NCBI RefSeq assembly: GCF_006345805.1 | Contig: NC_043000.1 | Coordinates: forward strand, 111,290,001-111,354,000 | Direction of reading: 5' to 3' | Origin: Octopus sinensis | Lineage: Eukaryota | DNA length: 64,000 nucleotides | In this document: positions 25,560 to 40,185 of the stretch, one piece after another | Layout: each line of letters opens with the position of its first letter | Position numbering within the stretch: position 1 is the stretch's first letter | Translations under genes and position numbers: made by a program | Notes under the pieces: generated by a model | Databases searched by the model: none | What the model saw: the letters and a program-made list of their open reading frames with translations, nothing else | What the model was told of the DNA's origin: nothing

Positions 25560-26780
25560 TGGACACAATAACTGCTGTGTTACACCAGTGTGACACAGTA
25601 GTCATATAATTGTATTACAACATTATTGTTACAGTATTGATATACTGTAAGAGTTACAGTCTTCTTAAAGTGTTACAAAATTGTAACAGATTTATTGAAT
25701 AGTGTTACAAATTGTAACAATCTTATTAGTCTGTGTTACAAAATTGTAACAGCTGTATTAAACCATGTTACATTATTATTGAATAGCAATATATCATTGT
25801 TACATTGTAACATTATTATTAAAGTGTGTTACAGTAGCATTGTGGCATTGTTACAACTGAGGTACAGAAGAATTGTGATGACGACCGTTACATTATTGTT
25901 ACTATGTTGAAGCAATGTTACAGTGTGTTACAGTAAACTGTGTTACAGTATAGTTGATGCAGTGTTACTATATTTCAGTGATTTTTTAAAACTGTGTCAC
26001 ATTATGTAGCAGTATTATTACAGTTTCGTTACAGCAATGTTTGAGTAATGTTACAGTAGATTTATAAATGTGTTACAATATGTTACTCCATCTAGAATTT
26101 TGTTACAGTTGATATAATTGTAACATTATAATAATAATAGTTTTACAATTGTTTCATTGACGTGATAGCAATTTTTTTTTCAATTCAACTACAGTTATGT
26201 TACAAATATAACAATTTTTTAAAAAGTATTTGAAGCAGAATTAAAGATACTTAATGCGGAACCGTAGTGTTACAAATGTGTTACAGTAATTTTAAAACTG
26301 TTACATTTATATTATATGTGCTCAGGTAGTGTTACAAGTGTTTATTGAATGAGCTGTATAAATGTTACAGTTTTGTTACAGTTTTGTTACAGTATTCAGT
26401 TCCAACTGAAATATTGCAGTGGTATATCAGTGTTACAATGTATTATGTCACCACCATAATAACAGTGTCACATAGTGTGTTACAGGGGTGTTATGATGGT
26501 GTAACATCTAAATTACAGTTGTGTTACCCTATATCACAACTGTATGGTGATGATAGCTTTATTGACGTGTCACACTGGTGTTAAGGATTGCGTTACAACT
26601 GTGTTATAGTAATGTTACATCAAGATTATGACTGAATTACAGTAATGTTACAACTGTTACATCAATGTTACAAATATGTTGGATCAATGTTATATTATTG
26701 CCACAACTGTGTTGTGTCAGTTTTACATCAATGATACAACTGCGTTACATCAACGTTACAGCTGTGTTACAACTATTGTA
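25560..26780. repeat. Cryptic low-complexity array of TGTTACA/TGTAACA motifs
   Basis: Dozens of gtgttacag / ttgtaaca words in both orientations with irregular spacing. Confidence 0.7.
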
Positions 26781-28314
26781 AATGCTTGTGTCTTTCTTCT
26801 GCACCATTCTACATGAATTCTTGTACCATTGAATATAACAGCATTTAATGGTTTGGTCTGAAGGTGATGGGCTGTACCTAAACATTTGCAGGTTCCTCCT
26901 GCACTCCAGACCAACGAGATTGACGTGTTTGAGAAGTTTTTTTTTGTCTTGAACAGATATAAATCAATGACTGCTGGAAAAAATATGACCAGGGAGAGAA
27001 ATCCAGAGGGATAATATTCAGGGAGAAGAAGGAATGGCATAGTGGCTACAGGGACTGCGGGTAGGATATGATATGGATGATGAGAAGTGAAAAATCTAGC
27101 AAGTTAGATGGGGATTAGTTAGAGAGAACACAAGACCAACCAGCAGAAGCTACAGTTGAAGTGACAAACAGTCTAAGATGTCTCTGTGTCCAGTATCAGC
27201 TCCATCCCAGATAATGGAGCAGTAATAATGGCTTTGATTGGTCTAATTCCTGACCTGCTGACCTGTAAAAAGTTCTTGTACAATAATTGATTGCAAAATA
27301 GATGTACGAATAACAAAAATGTAGTAAGCAAAAAAAAAACCATTGTGGAGAAATAGAAAAGGCATGGATGGTATATTCTGGAAAAATATAGATTAAGGAG
27401 TAAAAGAAAAAACGGTTTTTATTACTAAAATATGGCTGATACTGTAGTAAAACAGTAAAAGAAGATATAGCTGTCATAATGATTGGGTCATTGTTGTATA
27501 ACCAGGGTGGATTAGTTGTAAAGAGTTTTGAATTCAACTGGCAAAAATAAATATAAAAATATGTATGTGTGTGTGCATACACACGTAAAAATTCTACTCA
27601 TGTACGTATGTGTGTGTGTGTGTGTGCATGCACATGTGTGTGTGTGCATATGTAAGTAAATATAAATGCAAAAATAATGCCTGCACAATCAAAAATATAC
27701 ATTGTACACAATACATGAACATAAGAATATATCTGTCTGTCAATCTGTGTGTGTGTGTGTGTACACATACAAATATATGTATACACACACGCACACATAG
27801 ATACATACATATACACATACTGTTTCCAACAATAGAGAGCAGTCACCATAGTTTCTTCCATAACTGCTTTCTCTGAAGAGTGTGGGATTACATAATTGGG
27901 CTGTTATCTAACATCCTGTTGGACCCCAGTGCGAAACTGATTGGAAGGATTGGCCATAATGGATACATAATTCTGCACACTTCAATTAGTATATATAAAT
28001 ATGCACACACACACACACACACACACAATGCATGCTTCTTTCAGCTTCTGTCTACCAATTCTATTCACAACACTTTAGTCAGCCTGGTGCTATACTAGTA
28101 AACATTTCCTCAAAGTGCTACACAATAACATTCTTAACCAAACACACACACAGAGTAAGAAACATGCTTCCTAAACACAGGAATCAGTGTCCAATTCCAC
28201 AGCATGACACCTTGGGCAAGTGTCTTCTACTTTTGCCACAGCCCTAAATCCTTGTAAAGGGATTTCATACACAGAAACTGTTAGAAACTCATCATGTGTG
28301 TGTGTGTGTGTGTG

Positions 28315-28398
<84 letters not shown>

Positions 28399-28855
28399 CA
28401 TATTACTGCATGACAATTGTACATGAATGTCACCATAGAAAGTGATGTCAGTTGCTCTCTGTCTTTCCTGTATGTCTGGCCATGGAGAAGTATTGCCTTG
28501 TTAGGAAATAGGTGAGGGTTATGAATAGGAAAGGCATCCACCCGTAGAAAATCTGCCTCAACAAAATCCATCTGATCCATGCAAGCTTGGAAAAGTGGAT
28601 GTCAGAACCAGAACATTTATATGTAGGTAACTATGCATGTGCATGCGTGTGTGTGTGTGTGTGCATGCGTGTATACATATACATGTATTTGGCTGTAGGA
28701 ACAGTAGCAAAAGCCCCACCTCCCATGAAATAGGTAGTTTTCTGGTGCACAAGGAATATGATAGAAACAGAAAGCTTAGGGTACCCACGAAATAAAGGTA
28801 GAGTTTTGAATTAATGGATATAAGCATATATGTAAACACACAAGCACAATATATA

Positions 28856-29404
28856 CGAGGGTGAGTCAAAAAGTAATGCCATTTTGTTTAGGACAGGTAT
28901 AATTACCAACACAGGAACATGAATCATACATCAAAATGAAGCTGGTCCTTTGTGGATCCCATTCCTACTTCTCAACATAGTCACCATTTCTCTCAATAGC
29001 AATGTTCCACCTTCGAATGAGAGCATGTATCCCTGCCCTATAAAATTCTGTTGACTGTTCTTTGAGCCACTTCTTCGCTACAGTTTTCACTTCCTCATCA
29101 CTGGACTATCATCTCTTCAGCCCCATGAAAGAGGGTTTGAGAGATAAACATTATTCCAGTGATGAGGAAGTGAAAACTGTAGTGAAGAAGTGGCTCAAAG
29201 AACAGTCAACAGAATTTTATGGGGCAGGGATACATGCTCTCATTCGAAGGTGAAACATTGTTATTGAGTGAAACGGTGACTATGTTGAGAAGTAGGGATG
29301 TGATCCACAGAGGACCAGCATAATTTTGATGCATGATACATGCTTCTGTGCTGGTAATTATACCTGTCCTAAACAAAATGCCATTACTTTTTGACTTACC
29401 CTTG
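28856..29404. mobile_element. Mariner-derived palindromic MITE made of two 3' ends
   Basis: ~55-bp TIRs; DYHLFSPMKEGLRDKHYSSDEEVKTVVKKWLKEQSTEFY on +, and its reverse complement in the left half. Confidence 0.8.
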
Positions 29405-29406
29405 TG

Positions 29407-29464
<58 letters not shown>

Positions 29465-29767
29465 ATATATATATATATGTATAGGTATATAAATTGTATA
29501 TGTAAATGTATATACCTATCTATTTATATTTCTTTCTATCTTTTACTTACTTCAGTCATTTGACTGTGGCCATGCTGGAGCACCACCTTTAGTTGAACAA
29601 ATTGACCCTTGGACTTATTATTTGTAAGTCTAGTACTTATTCTATCAGTCTTTTTTGCCAAACCACTAAGTTATGGGGATGTAAACACACCAGCATTGAT
29701 TGTCAAGCAGTGGTGGGGTGACAGACACAGACACACAAACATACACACAAGCACATATAAATACATG

Positions 29768-29810
<43 letters not shown>

Positions 29811-30989
29811 GACAGGCTTGTTTCAGTTTCCGTCTACCAAATCCACTCACAAGGCTTTGGTCGACCCAAGGCTATAGTAGAAGATGCTTGCCCAAGGTGC
29901 CACACAGTGGGACTGAACCCAAAACGATGTGGTTGGTAAGCAGGCTGCTTACCACACAGTCACTCCTGCTCCTATATTTAAATAAATATTTTACTTCCTT
30001 AGGCATATCTCTTCTAATGAACCTGGTGTCAATATACATATGCTTCATGTAAGTGTATTAGTCTAGGACAGTGTCTTGTAAGAGATTATATAAATGATGT
30101 GGAAACAAGAAGAGGTTATGCACAAGCACTCGACTATCAGTGCATTGCAGCTTGTAGCAGAAACAGCTGTAAGGTAAAGAAGGTTCAGAACATAATTTCT
30201 TATTTCATTGTCATTCATATAATGCCTTATATAGATATATATAACATTTATAAAATATATATTGTATATTTATGTGTGTGTCTGTGTATATATACATGTA
30301 TATATGTATCCCGTGCCGGTGGCATGTAAAAAGCACCATCTGATAGTGGTCAATGCCAGCCCCCTTCTGGCCCCTGTGCTGATGGCATGTAAAAAAAAAG
30401 CACCTACTACACTCTCGGAGTTGTTGGCATTAGGAAGGGCATCCAGCTGTAGAAACATTGCCAGATCAGATTGGAACCTAGTGCAGCCTCATGGCTTTCC
30501 AGACCCCAGTCAAACCGTCCAACCCATGCCAGCCTGGAAAACGGACGTTAAATCATTATGATGATGTATGTATATATGTGTGTGTATACATATATGTATA
30601 TGGATGTATATTTACATACATATATATGTCTGTGTGTGTATGTGTATTATATATATATATATATATTTTGCCCTTTATTTTTATATTTATATTATTTTAG
30701 TCCCATTCTCTTAAATTTTAGTTGCCTTTGTTATGCATGAATTTATTCCATACATTTTTCTTCATTCAACTTTACTCGTCTTACCCTTTCAGGATTTATC
30801 ACCTTTTATTCCTGTAATGTGTATATTTTATACTACTGGGCTTCACCCTTGGGTGCCCTATTATTTTAATATATATTTATATTCAATTTTTGATAATTTG
30901 GGAATGATACAAAGTTATTTTGACTAATTGGAATTTTTATTCCTTATACCTTTCAATTTATTTCTCTTTTTGTCTCAGTGTTACTACCT

Positions 30990-31372
30990 GAGCACTTTCA
31001 GAAGCAGTCCTATTTTCATTTTTGCTCTTTGGTTCAACAAAATTATAAAATAATCCTTATATATATATTATATATATATTATATATATGTATATATATAT
31101 ATATGTATATACATATATATGTATATACATATATATATATATTTACATATGTATATATATACATATATATATGTATATATATACATACATATATATATAC
31201 ATATATATGTATATAATATATACATACATATATATATATATTATATATATATATATAATATATATATATATATAGTATATATATATATATTATATATATA
31301 TATATGTATAAATATATATATATATATGTATAAATATATATTATATATACATATATATATATGTATTATATA

Positions 31373-31412
<40 letters not shown>

Positions 31413-31463
31413 TAATATATATATGTATATATATATATACATATATATGTATATATATATGTA

Positions 31464-31534
<71 letters not shown>

Positions 31535-31574
31535 GTATATATATATATACATATATATATGTATATATGTATAT

Positions 31575-31610
<36 letters not shown>
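30990..31610. repeat. ~600-bp degenerate (TA)n tract
   Basis: Visible directly. Confidence 0.95.
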
Positions 31611-31612
<2 letters not shown>

Positions 31613-33769
31613 TTTTCTTTATTTTCTAAAGTCTTGTATTTATTCTGTTAATCCCTTTGCTTAACCTGTAAGTTACAGGGGGAGGTAAACAAACCAGCGC
31701 TGGTTGTCAAGTGGTGGTGGTGAGGGGACAGACACAAACATAGAGAGATATCAGAACAAAACTTTCACTCTTTGAAAATTACAAAGTAGGAAGATTGACT
31801 TTCTCTTTGTAAATATTGCTCTGTCATCTCTCAAAGACAACCGGAAGAAATACAGCGAACAGAGAACAATTATTTAATTATTACCCAGAGCTGGGAAAAT
31901 TGGCAAGGAAATTCTAGTGAGAATGCGTCTACAGGATATACAGGCAAAGATGCATTGCTATCAGTTACTATTAATTGCTAATGTTTGGCAGAGCAACCCA
32001 CTGTTTCATACCACAACATGATCTAATGTGTCTTTACTTCTTTTTAAGAACATAGGTGAAATTTGAGAGATGTTTAACTGCTATTTCTGGTAGGATGAGT
32101 GATCATGCAAAGCAGATGTGTGTAAAATACACTCCCAGCATTCAAATTAGAAACTGCCCACTGACAAAGTCTCAAGGATCCCGTATAAAAATGATTTAAT
32201 CTTTAAGACCAAAGCAGTGATTTAATATTAGTTTCATTGCTAAGGCAATGAGCTGACAGAATCGTTAACATGCTGAGCAAAATGCTCAGCTGTCTGAGGG
32301 TTAACAACAAACAGGAAATCTTCAATGGTGTACTTATAAATTTACAGCTTATGCAACTCAGATTTATAGCAGTAGAGAAAGTAAGAAGTAATGACAATGA
32401 TGCCTTCCCCACAAGTATTAGTCTTGGGTATTAGCAATAGTTTGACTGACTTAATAGTCAAAGCAATTGGCAGTGAAATTCCATGACAATTTTCCAACTA
32501 TTTGAGTTTCTCAGAAGAGGTCAAAAGATATTCAGAATATATTTAGTATTCTTCTGAGACTTATCCAGGATCCATTTTGATTGACTGAAGTTACCAATAT
32601 CTTTGGTTCTTAAATTATTCTCTGAATAGACCATAGAACCAATACAGTCACACAGGTAAAAGCAGGTAAATAAGTCTGTCATGAGCCTAGAGGTTCATTA
32701 GGCTAAAACCAAGCTCCATTTCCATGGTGTATCAGCAAGTGACAGTTTACAATATTCAGCCCTTTCCCTCTCCCCACATGAATGGGATGCCAGTCCATTA
32801 TAGGGCTGACCCTTCCCTTCCCCCAGCTGCTGCTGCTAATTATTTTCTGTTGAGAGGACTGGAGCAATGCAAAATGGAGTGTCTTGTTTAAGAATGCAAC
32901 ATACTGTTTGGTTTGAGAATTGAAACCATGAACTTCTGGTCATCAGAATGCAGAGGCAAAACAGAAACCTCAAGGTTTTAACATTCTTTCAAACTCTAAC
33001 TTTTTGTTCAATCTATAAACATGTGTCCTCAGTAAAGGTTAATCGAGGGTCAAGCAGCACCTATAACAACAACATCAACAACAGCCTTTATTTAATACAG
33101 CTTATTAATATGCAAGCAGAGGTGTATTTTGACAAGAATTGAATTAAAAGAATTCAATGATGATTATTTATAATTTAAGTCTTGGCAGTGAACCATAAAA
33201 CTACTTTATTAGAAATCAAATTATGTTAAAATAGTAGTTATTTTAGGAAAGATGAGAACCAAAATAGACAGACATTCCAAGATTAATGATTAAAAATTGA
33301 TTTATTTAATTTAAATACTGGTTTCAAAAATTAGAATATGGCCAAGCTGGAGTAGGTGAGTCAAGGCATGAAGACATGGATGTCAGAGGAAAAGGTGTCC
33401 CAGACCAACATATGTGGATGTACTGAAGAAATATGGAGATGCAGAAACTACGAGAGAACTAAGAAATGTGTGGAGGACCAAAGAGCTGGAAGAATCACAG
33501 AATACCATATGTGAAGAGGACTTAAATAATAGTAATAATAATGATTTCAAATTTTTGCCATAAGGGCAGCTTGGGGGAGGAGATTAAGGTGATTACATAA
33601 ACCCCAATGTGTAGCTGGTACTTATTTAATTGACTCTGAAAGGATGAAAGGCAAAGTCAACCTCAGTAGAATTTGAACTCAGAACCTAACAGCAGACGAA
33701 ATACTGTTAAGCATTTTGCCCAGCGTGCTAACAATTCTGCCAGCTCGTCGCCTTCATAATAATAATAAT

Positions 33770-33801
<32 letters not shown>

Positions 33802-34013
33802 ATCCTTTCTACTGGAGGCACAAGGCCTCAAATTTGTGGGAAATGGAGTAGGCAATTACATCATCCCCAGTGTTTCACTGATACTTAATTTATTGACCCC
33901 AAAAGGATGAAAGGCAACATCAACCTTGGTGGAATTTGAACTCAGAATGTAATGGCAGCGAAATACCATTAAGCTTTTCATCTGCATGCTAATGATTCTA
34001 CCAGCTCATTGCC

Positions 34014-34074
<61 letters not shown>

Positions 34075-35205
34075 GGATAGAGGGATGGAATTCAGTATCT
34101 CGAAGTGTGCAGTGCTTACTTTGAAGCAGGGGAAAAGAGTAAACTGTAGGGACAAATGTACACAGGCTCTACATGAAGAGAGGTAAAAGTGGACATGATT
34201 AGCATATGGGAGTGCATCAACAGTGAAAGAAGAAACATGGCAGAGTATTTGGTAAACTGCAAAGAAGACTTGCTATAGTATGCTGCTAGTGCAGAAGGAG
34301 TTAGCAAAAATGGACTTGAGAGTGCTCATGAATTCTGATCAAGAACAGCCAACAAGAGAGAAGAAATGCTACTCCATATGGAATTACATGGTCAGTTCCA
34401 CCAAGAAACCAACAAATTAAAAGACCAAGATACATCACGGAGGTGGCACAACAAGGGTAACCTAAAAGAGAATACTGAAAGCCTAATCATCATTGCCCAA
34501 GACCAGGCATTGAATACCAACTCAGTGAAAAAAAATATATACCACTCAAGTGCATCGAACCTCTGCAGAATGTGTGGGAAGGGGGTTGAAAGCATGACTC
34601 ACATTGTTGGTGCTTATGAAAGTCTTGTGCAGAAAGAGTACAAGTGCAGACATGACAAGGTAGCCCAAAACCTCCACTGGCTACTATACCATAAGTGTGG
34701 ATATGAGGTTATGGGTGCTTGGTACCAATATACACCAGAAAAGGTAATGGATGAAAAGAGAAAAGCAAAAATCTTCTGGGACTTTGACTTCTAGACTGAC
34801 AAGGTATTAGAGTACCGAAGGCCGGATATAGTAACCTTTAGGAGGGACTAACCCTAACTCTAATAATTGACTTAGCAGTGCCAGGAGATCAACATATCAT
34901 CATGAAAGAAAGAGAAAAGGTTGTTAAATATGGAGACTTGAGAATTGAGATCGCTAATAAAGGTTATCCCTATTGTCATCGAAGCATTGGGTTCAATATC
35001 ATCCAATCTGAAAAAAACAAGTGGAAACCTTAGAAATACAATCTAGATGTCTTGCAAAAGTGTGCATTACTTGGAACTGCACGGATATTGGTTAAAGTAC
35101 TGTCTGTCTGAGGTCCTTGTTGCAACTTGACAAACAGTACAAACCCCCGGTAGACACAATATCTTCAATCAACAACCTCACGATATTGTATACTGTGCGA
35201 TGTCT
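34075..35205 (+). mobile_element. R4/Dong-like LINE, 5'-truncated, CCHC finger plus RLE
   Basis: ORF 34366-34794: LKENTESLIIIAQDQALNT...CRMCGKGVESMTHIVG...RHDKVAQNLHW...KIFWDFDF, then RPDIV after a stop; (AAT)n on both sides. Confidence 0.8.
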
Positions 35206-35878
35206 ATAATAATAATAATAATAATAATAGAAACAATCCTTTCTATTATAGGCACAAGTCTTGAAGTTTGTGGGATGGGACTAGTCAATTACATCGACCC
35301 AGTTTTTCACTGGTACTTAATTTATCAACCCTGAAAGGATGAAAGGCAAAGTCAACCCCAGCGGAATTTAGACTCAGAACATAAAGACAGACGAAATAAT
35401 GCTAAGCATTTTGCCCGGCATGCTAACAATTCAGCCAGATTACCACCTTAATAATAATTATGATAATACTCTGGTGGGTTTTGATATTATTCAATGGCAC
35501 TAATTTATTTTATGAACCTCAGTAGGAAAAAATGTGGTGCCAAACGCCTCTTCCTTGCAAGGAGAGATCTGAAATTAGAATACAAAGGGACATAATTAAA
35601 CATCACACAGCATATTTTCCAACCAGGCTCAACTAATTCTCTCATCCACCTGCCATAGATTTATTATATTCATTATAAACATTCTGTTTGTATTCTGAAT
35701 CCTTTCAGTCTGACCAAGGCTGAGAGTTAACAAAAACGAGAGATTAACAATGCAAAAAGCTTAATAGTATTCAGTTTTGCTTGTTTATTTTCTGATATCA
35801 AATCCTGCTAATCGTCACTTGGAGTTTTATCCACTTGAAGTTACTAACAATGATATTTTTGTTCAAGAATAATAAACA

Positions 35879-35917
<39 letters not shown>

Positions 35918-37357
35918 ATGGTATTTTTATATAAGCTTAAAGCTTATGGTGACTATGGAAAATAATCTAATAATGGGCCCTTGACAGAAAAAGAAAGGCT
36001 TGGATAGGAAAGCCTTCTTTTTTCTGTCGAGGGCTTATATGCCTTTTTATTAGACTATGTTCCTTAGTCATTGCACAGTGGTCGCTATAAGCGTTAGCTT
36101 GTATAAATATCATTATTATTATTTACAGGATTGTAAAACCCAGTGACATATAACAAACCTATTCATACCGAAAGCATATATATATATATATTTGTGTGTG
36201 TGTGTGTCTATGACAAGTTTCTATCGGAATATCTATAATACACAGGAAGCATTATAATACACAGGAAACATTATGGTTGTTTGGAACCCTGTATTAGATG
36301 TTTCAAGTACAATCTGGATGCTTAACGAGAATGGCTCATTAGGAAACAATTTATTGCACTAGATTAGAGAACTTAAAGCAATGCACAAAACACATGAAGA
36401 AATGGAGCTCAATACACTGGTTTACACTGATAAACAAAAGCCACACACACATGTGTGTGTGTGTGTTTATGTGTGTATATCATCACTGTATCATTACTGT
36501 AATTTTCACATCCATTTTGTCATTCTTGCATGAATCAGATGGCATTTGTTGAGGCAGATTTTTCTACAGCTGGATGCTTTTCCAGTCCCCAACCCTCACT
36601 TGTAACTATTTCCTCATGTTTGGATGTTTCCACAGAAGATTGGAAATTAAGGAGGTCAATTGTATGATGGTGACACTCATTTACATCAATCACATAATAT
36701 CAAGACATGACAGGCTTCCCCCACACACACACACACACAATGTATTATTGTAATATTGAAAACATGACTGTAGGTGTTTAACTTATTTTATTAAAGATTT
36801 TATCTATTTCATTATTTCAATGATGCTACTCAGTCTCTTAACGTTATCAAGGTCTTTTTGGCCTCACCTTCTGAATGAAGTGATGGCAGTGGCATGTTGC
36901 ATTTTGTAATAGGCAGTAAAGGATCATGAGAATGATGTTGTAATTGATTAAATCATCATTGCCAGATTTCAAGATGCTTAATTGTTAACTACTGGCTACT
37001 CTCATGAAATATTTCATGCATGCTATATTGGCATGTTGGCCTTTGTTTTCATCACACACTACAACACATTACTGTCACCATTTACTTCAGAAGACAAGGC
37101 CAAGGACATTTCCAGCCATTGCTCCACAACTTAGTAATTACTGTTCAATACTGAACATAAAGAGCTTACAAGGAAAAATATGAAAAATAATCTGTAAGAA
37201 AAATTATCATTCACGGAAACAGTCATGTCTTCTAAATTCCATATAATGTAAGAAAGAAATGCTATCCCTTCCTTTTCTCACTTATAATTTGTGTGGGCAT
37301 GCATGTGTGCATATACATGTGTGTGTGTGTGTGTGTGTATAAATATATATACATATG

Positions 37358-37403
<46 letters not shown>

Positions 37404-37830
37404 TAGAACAAAACCACCTTTTATCAATTCAAAATAAACATTAAATTACACCATCTAGAAAATTACATATAATAGAAATATTAACATTAAAATAACAACA
37501 AAATGTCAATGATTAAGTAAATTGCAAAAAATAATAATAATAATGATAACGTATATACAATTTATGTACACTATTATTATTATTATTATTATTTTTTGCA
37601 ATTTACTTAATCATTGACATTTTATTGTTATTTTAATGTTAATATTTCTATTATATGTAATTTTCTAGATGGCGTAATTTAATTGTTCATTTTGAATTGA
37701 TAAAAGGCGTTTTTTTTCTAACTTTTTATATATATATTATATTGTGTGAAATTTGATTTAGTATTTCTAATTGAATTTTTTTCCTTGTAAGTTTTGGATT
37801 TTATTCCCTCAAATATTAATAATTATATAT

Positions 37831-37901
<71 letters not shown>

Positions 37902-38051
37902 GAGGAGGATATCATTGTTGGGGTTGTTCTTTGTATTTTCAGTTGATCAATTGATCACTTAATAAAATTGAACCATGGACACACCCAAATGCATATCTGC
38001 AACAACAGTAAGCTTATAATATATAAATAAATGTATACATACATACATACA

Positions 38052-38082
<31 letters not shown>

Positions 38083-38484
38083 TTGTTTGCGTGTGTGTGT
38101 GTTTAAAATTTGGGTTGAGTCAGTCTCTTGCTACTCTGCATTTTGTCTCTGGGTGCACAGGATTTTCATTCAAGTTATGACACAAGACCTTATTAATCTT
38201 ATTACATTTTTACCAACAATCAACTTTAAATGGGGACACACACACACACACACACTTACATGTTATAGTTTTCCAAAGTTTCCTTATAGCAAGTTCTATT
38301 GATCAAACTGAGAACAGTTGCCAAAAATGCCTTTGAATGAGATCAAACTTGGAACCAATTGATTGTGAAGGAAATTTCAACCTTGGTTACTCCCAGAAAT
38401 AATATGACACAACTGATGCTGCAAATTCTAGAAGAAACTGAATGTGGCATACATTTACCTATAATCTCTCTCTTTCTCTCTCTT

Positions 38485-38538
<54 letters not shown>

Positions 38539-38544
38539 ATATAT

Positions 38545-39197
38545 ATATATGGAGCAGAGTGTATGACAAGATCATGTTATACCAAAAGTCCAAATTCCAA
38601 CAGGTGGATTCATGCAGTTGCCAAATGGTATCCAAGAGATCAGAAAAGGCCACTTGGAAGACCTCTGTGATGATGGGAAGACACCTTAGTTAAGCAATTT
38701 GGGTCAAGATAGAAAAAATGGCACAATGAAAATAGAATTGGAAGCACATTGTGCCCAGTGGTATGTAACAGTGTCTGACGGTCTGGCCAATACTGTGATA
38801 CACACACACACACACACACACACATACACACACATATATATTTTTCTGTGTGAGTTAAAGGTTGAGAAACCAACTAAGGGATAGTACCTATCCAATATAC
38901 TGCTGGTAATGTACCCAATTATTCATAGCCAAGTGGTAGTCATTGCGTGCCAATCTTGCAATTGAGTGTTATATATGGGTGGGGGTAAAAAGTGGTTGAC
39001 CCTTGATTTATATGGCAAATAGGAAAGTGAGAGAATACAAGTCGACAGACATCAGTTGGTAAACATTCCAGTATGTCTGTTTATTCTAATGTATTAGATG
39101 AAAACATTGAATAAACAGACACACTGGAATGTCTACAAGCTGAAGTCTGTCGATTTTGTATTCTCTCCACTTTCTTATTTCCTATATAATATATATA

Positions 39198-39247
<50 letters not shown>

Positions 39248-39876
39248 GGAGCAGAGTGTATGACAAGATCATGTTATACCAAAAGTCCAAATTCCAACAG
39301 GTGGATTCATGCAGTTGCCAAATGGTATCCAAGAGATCAGAAAAGGCCACTTGGAAGACCTCTGTGATGATGGGAAGACACCTTAGTTAAGCAATTTGGG
39401 TCAAGATAGAAAAAATGGCACAATGAAAATAGAATTGGAAGCACATTGTGCCCAGTGGTATGTAACAGTGTCTGACGGTCTGGCCAATACTATGATACAC
39501 ACACACACACACACACATACACACACATATATTTTTCTGTGTGAGTTAAAGGTTGAGAAACCAACTAAGGGATAGTACCTATCCAATATACTGCTGGTAA
39601 TGTACCCAATTATTCATAGCCAAGTGGTAGTCATTGCGTGCCAATCTTGCAATTGAGTGTTATATATGGGTGGGGGTAAAAAGTGGTTGACCCTTGATTT
39701 ATATGGCAAATAGGAAAGTGGAGAGAATACAAAGTCGACAGACATCAGTTGGTAAACATTCCAGTATGTCTGTTTATTCTAATGTATTAGATGAAAACAT
39801 TGGAATAAACAGACACACTGGAATGTCTACAAGCTGAAGTCTGTCGATTTTGTATTCTCTCCACTTTCTTATTTCC

Positions 39877-39885
<9 letters not shown>
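38545..39885 (+). repeat. Tandem duplication, ~697-bp unit x2, containing an RTE-clade LINE 3' fragment
   Basis: ggagcagagtg at 38551 and 39248; RWIHAVAKWYPRDQKRPLGRP is an RTE-type C-terminus; (TA)n at all three boundaries. Confidence 0.85.
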
Positions 39886-39912
<27 letters not shown>

Positions 39913-40185
39913 TACATACACACACTCTTACGTGCAAAACAAAGTAATGAAAATAACACTTGAATACCAAAGCCAGAGAAAATATAGTGTTTTATCTAAT
40001 GTCAAAAACTTCACAAACTGTTACCCCAAGTTTAATGTAACTGATCATCAGAAGACTTTTATCTGGGGATTTTTTATGGGAAACATTGAGTAACAGATTG
40101 TGAAATCTGTTGTGTTCAATAAAACACACAGACACAGACACACACACAGACGCACACACACACACATGTATATTCATATATATAT

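Noticed and set aside
25560-26780. CRISPR-like or regularly spaced array
   Set aside because: Eukaryotic context; no constant repeat length or unique spacers.
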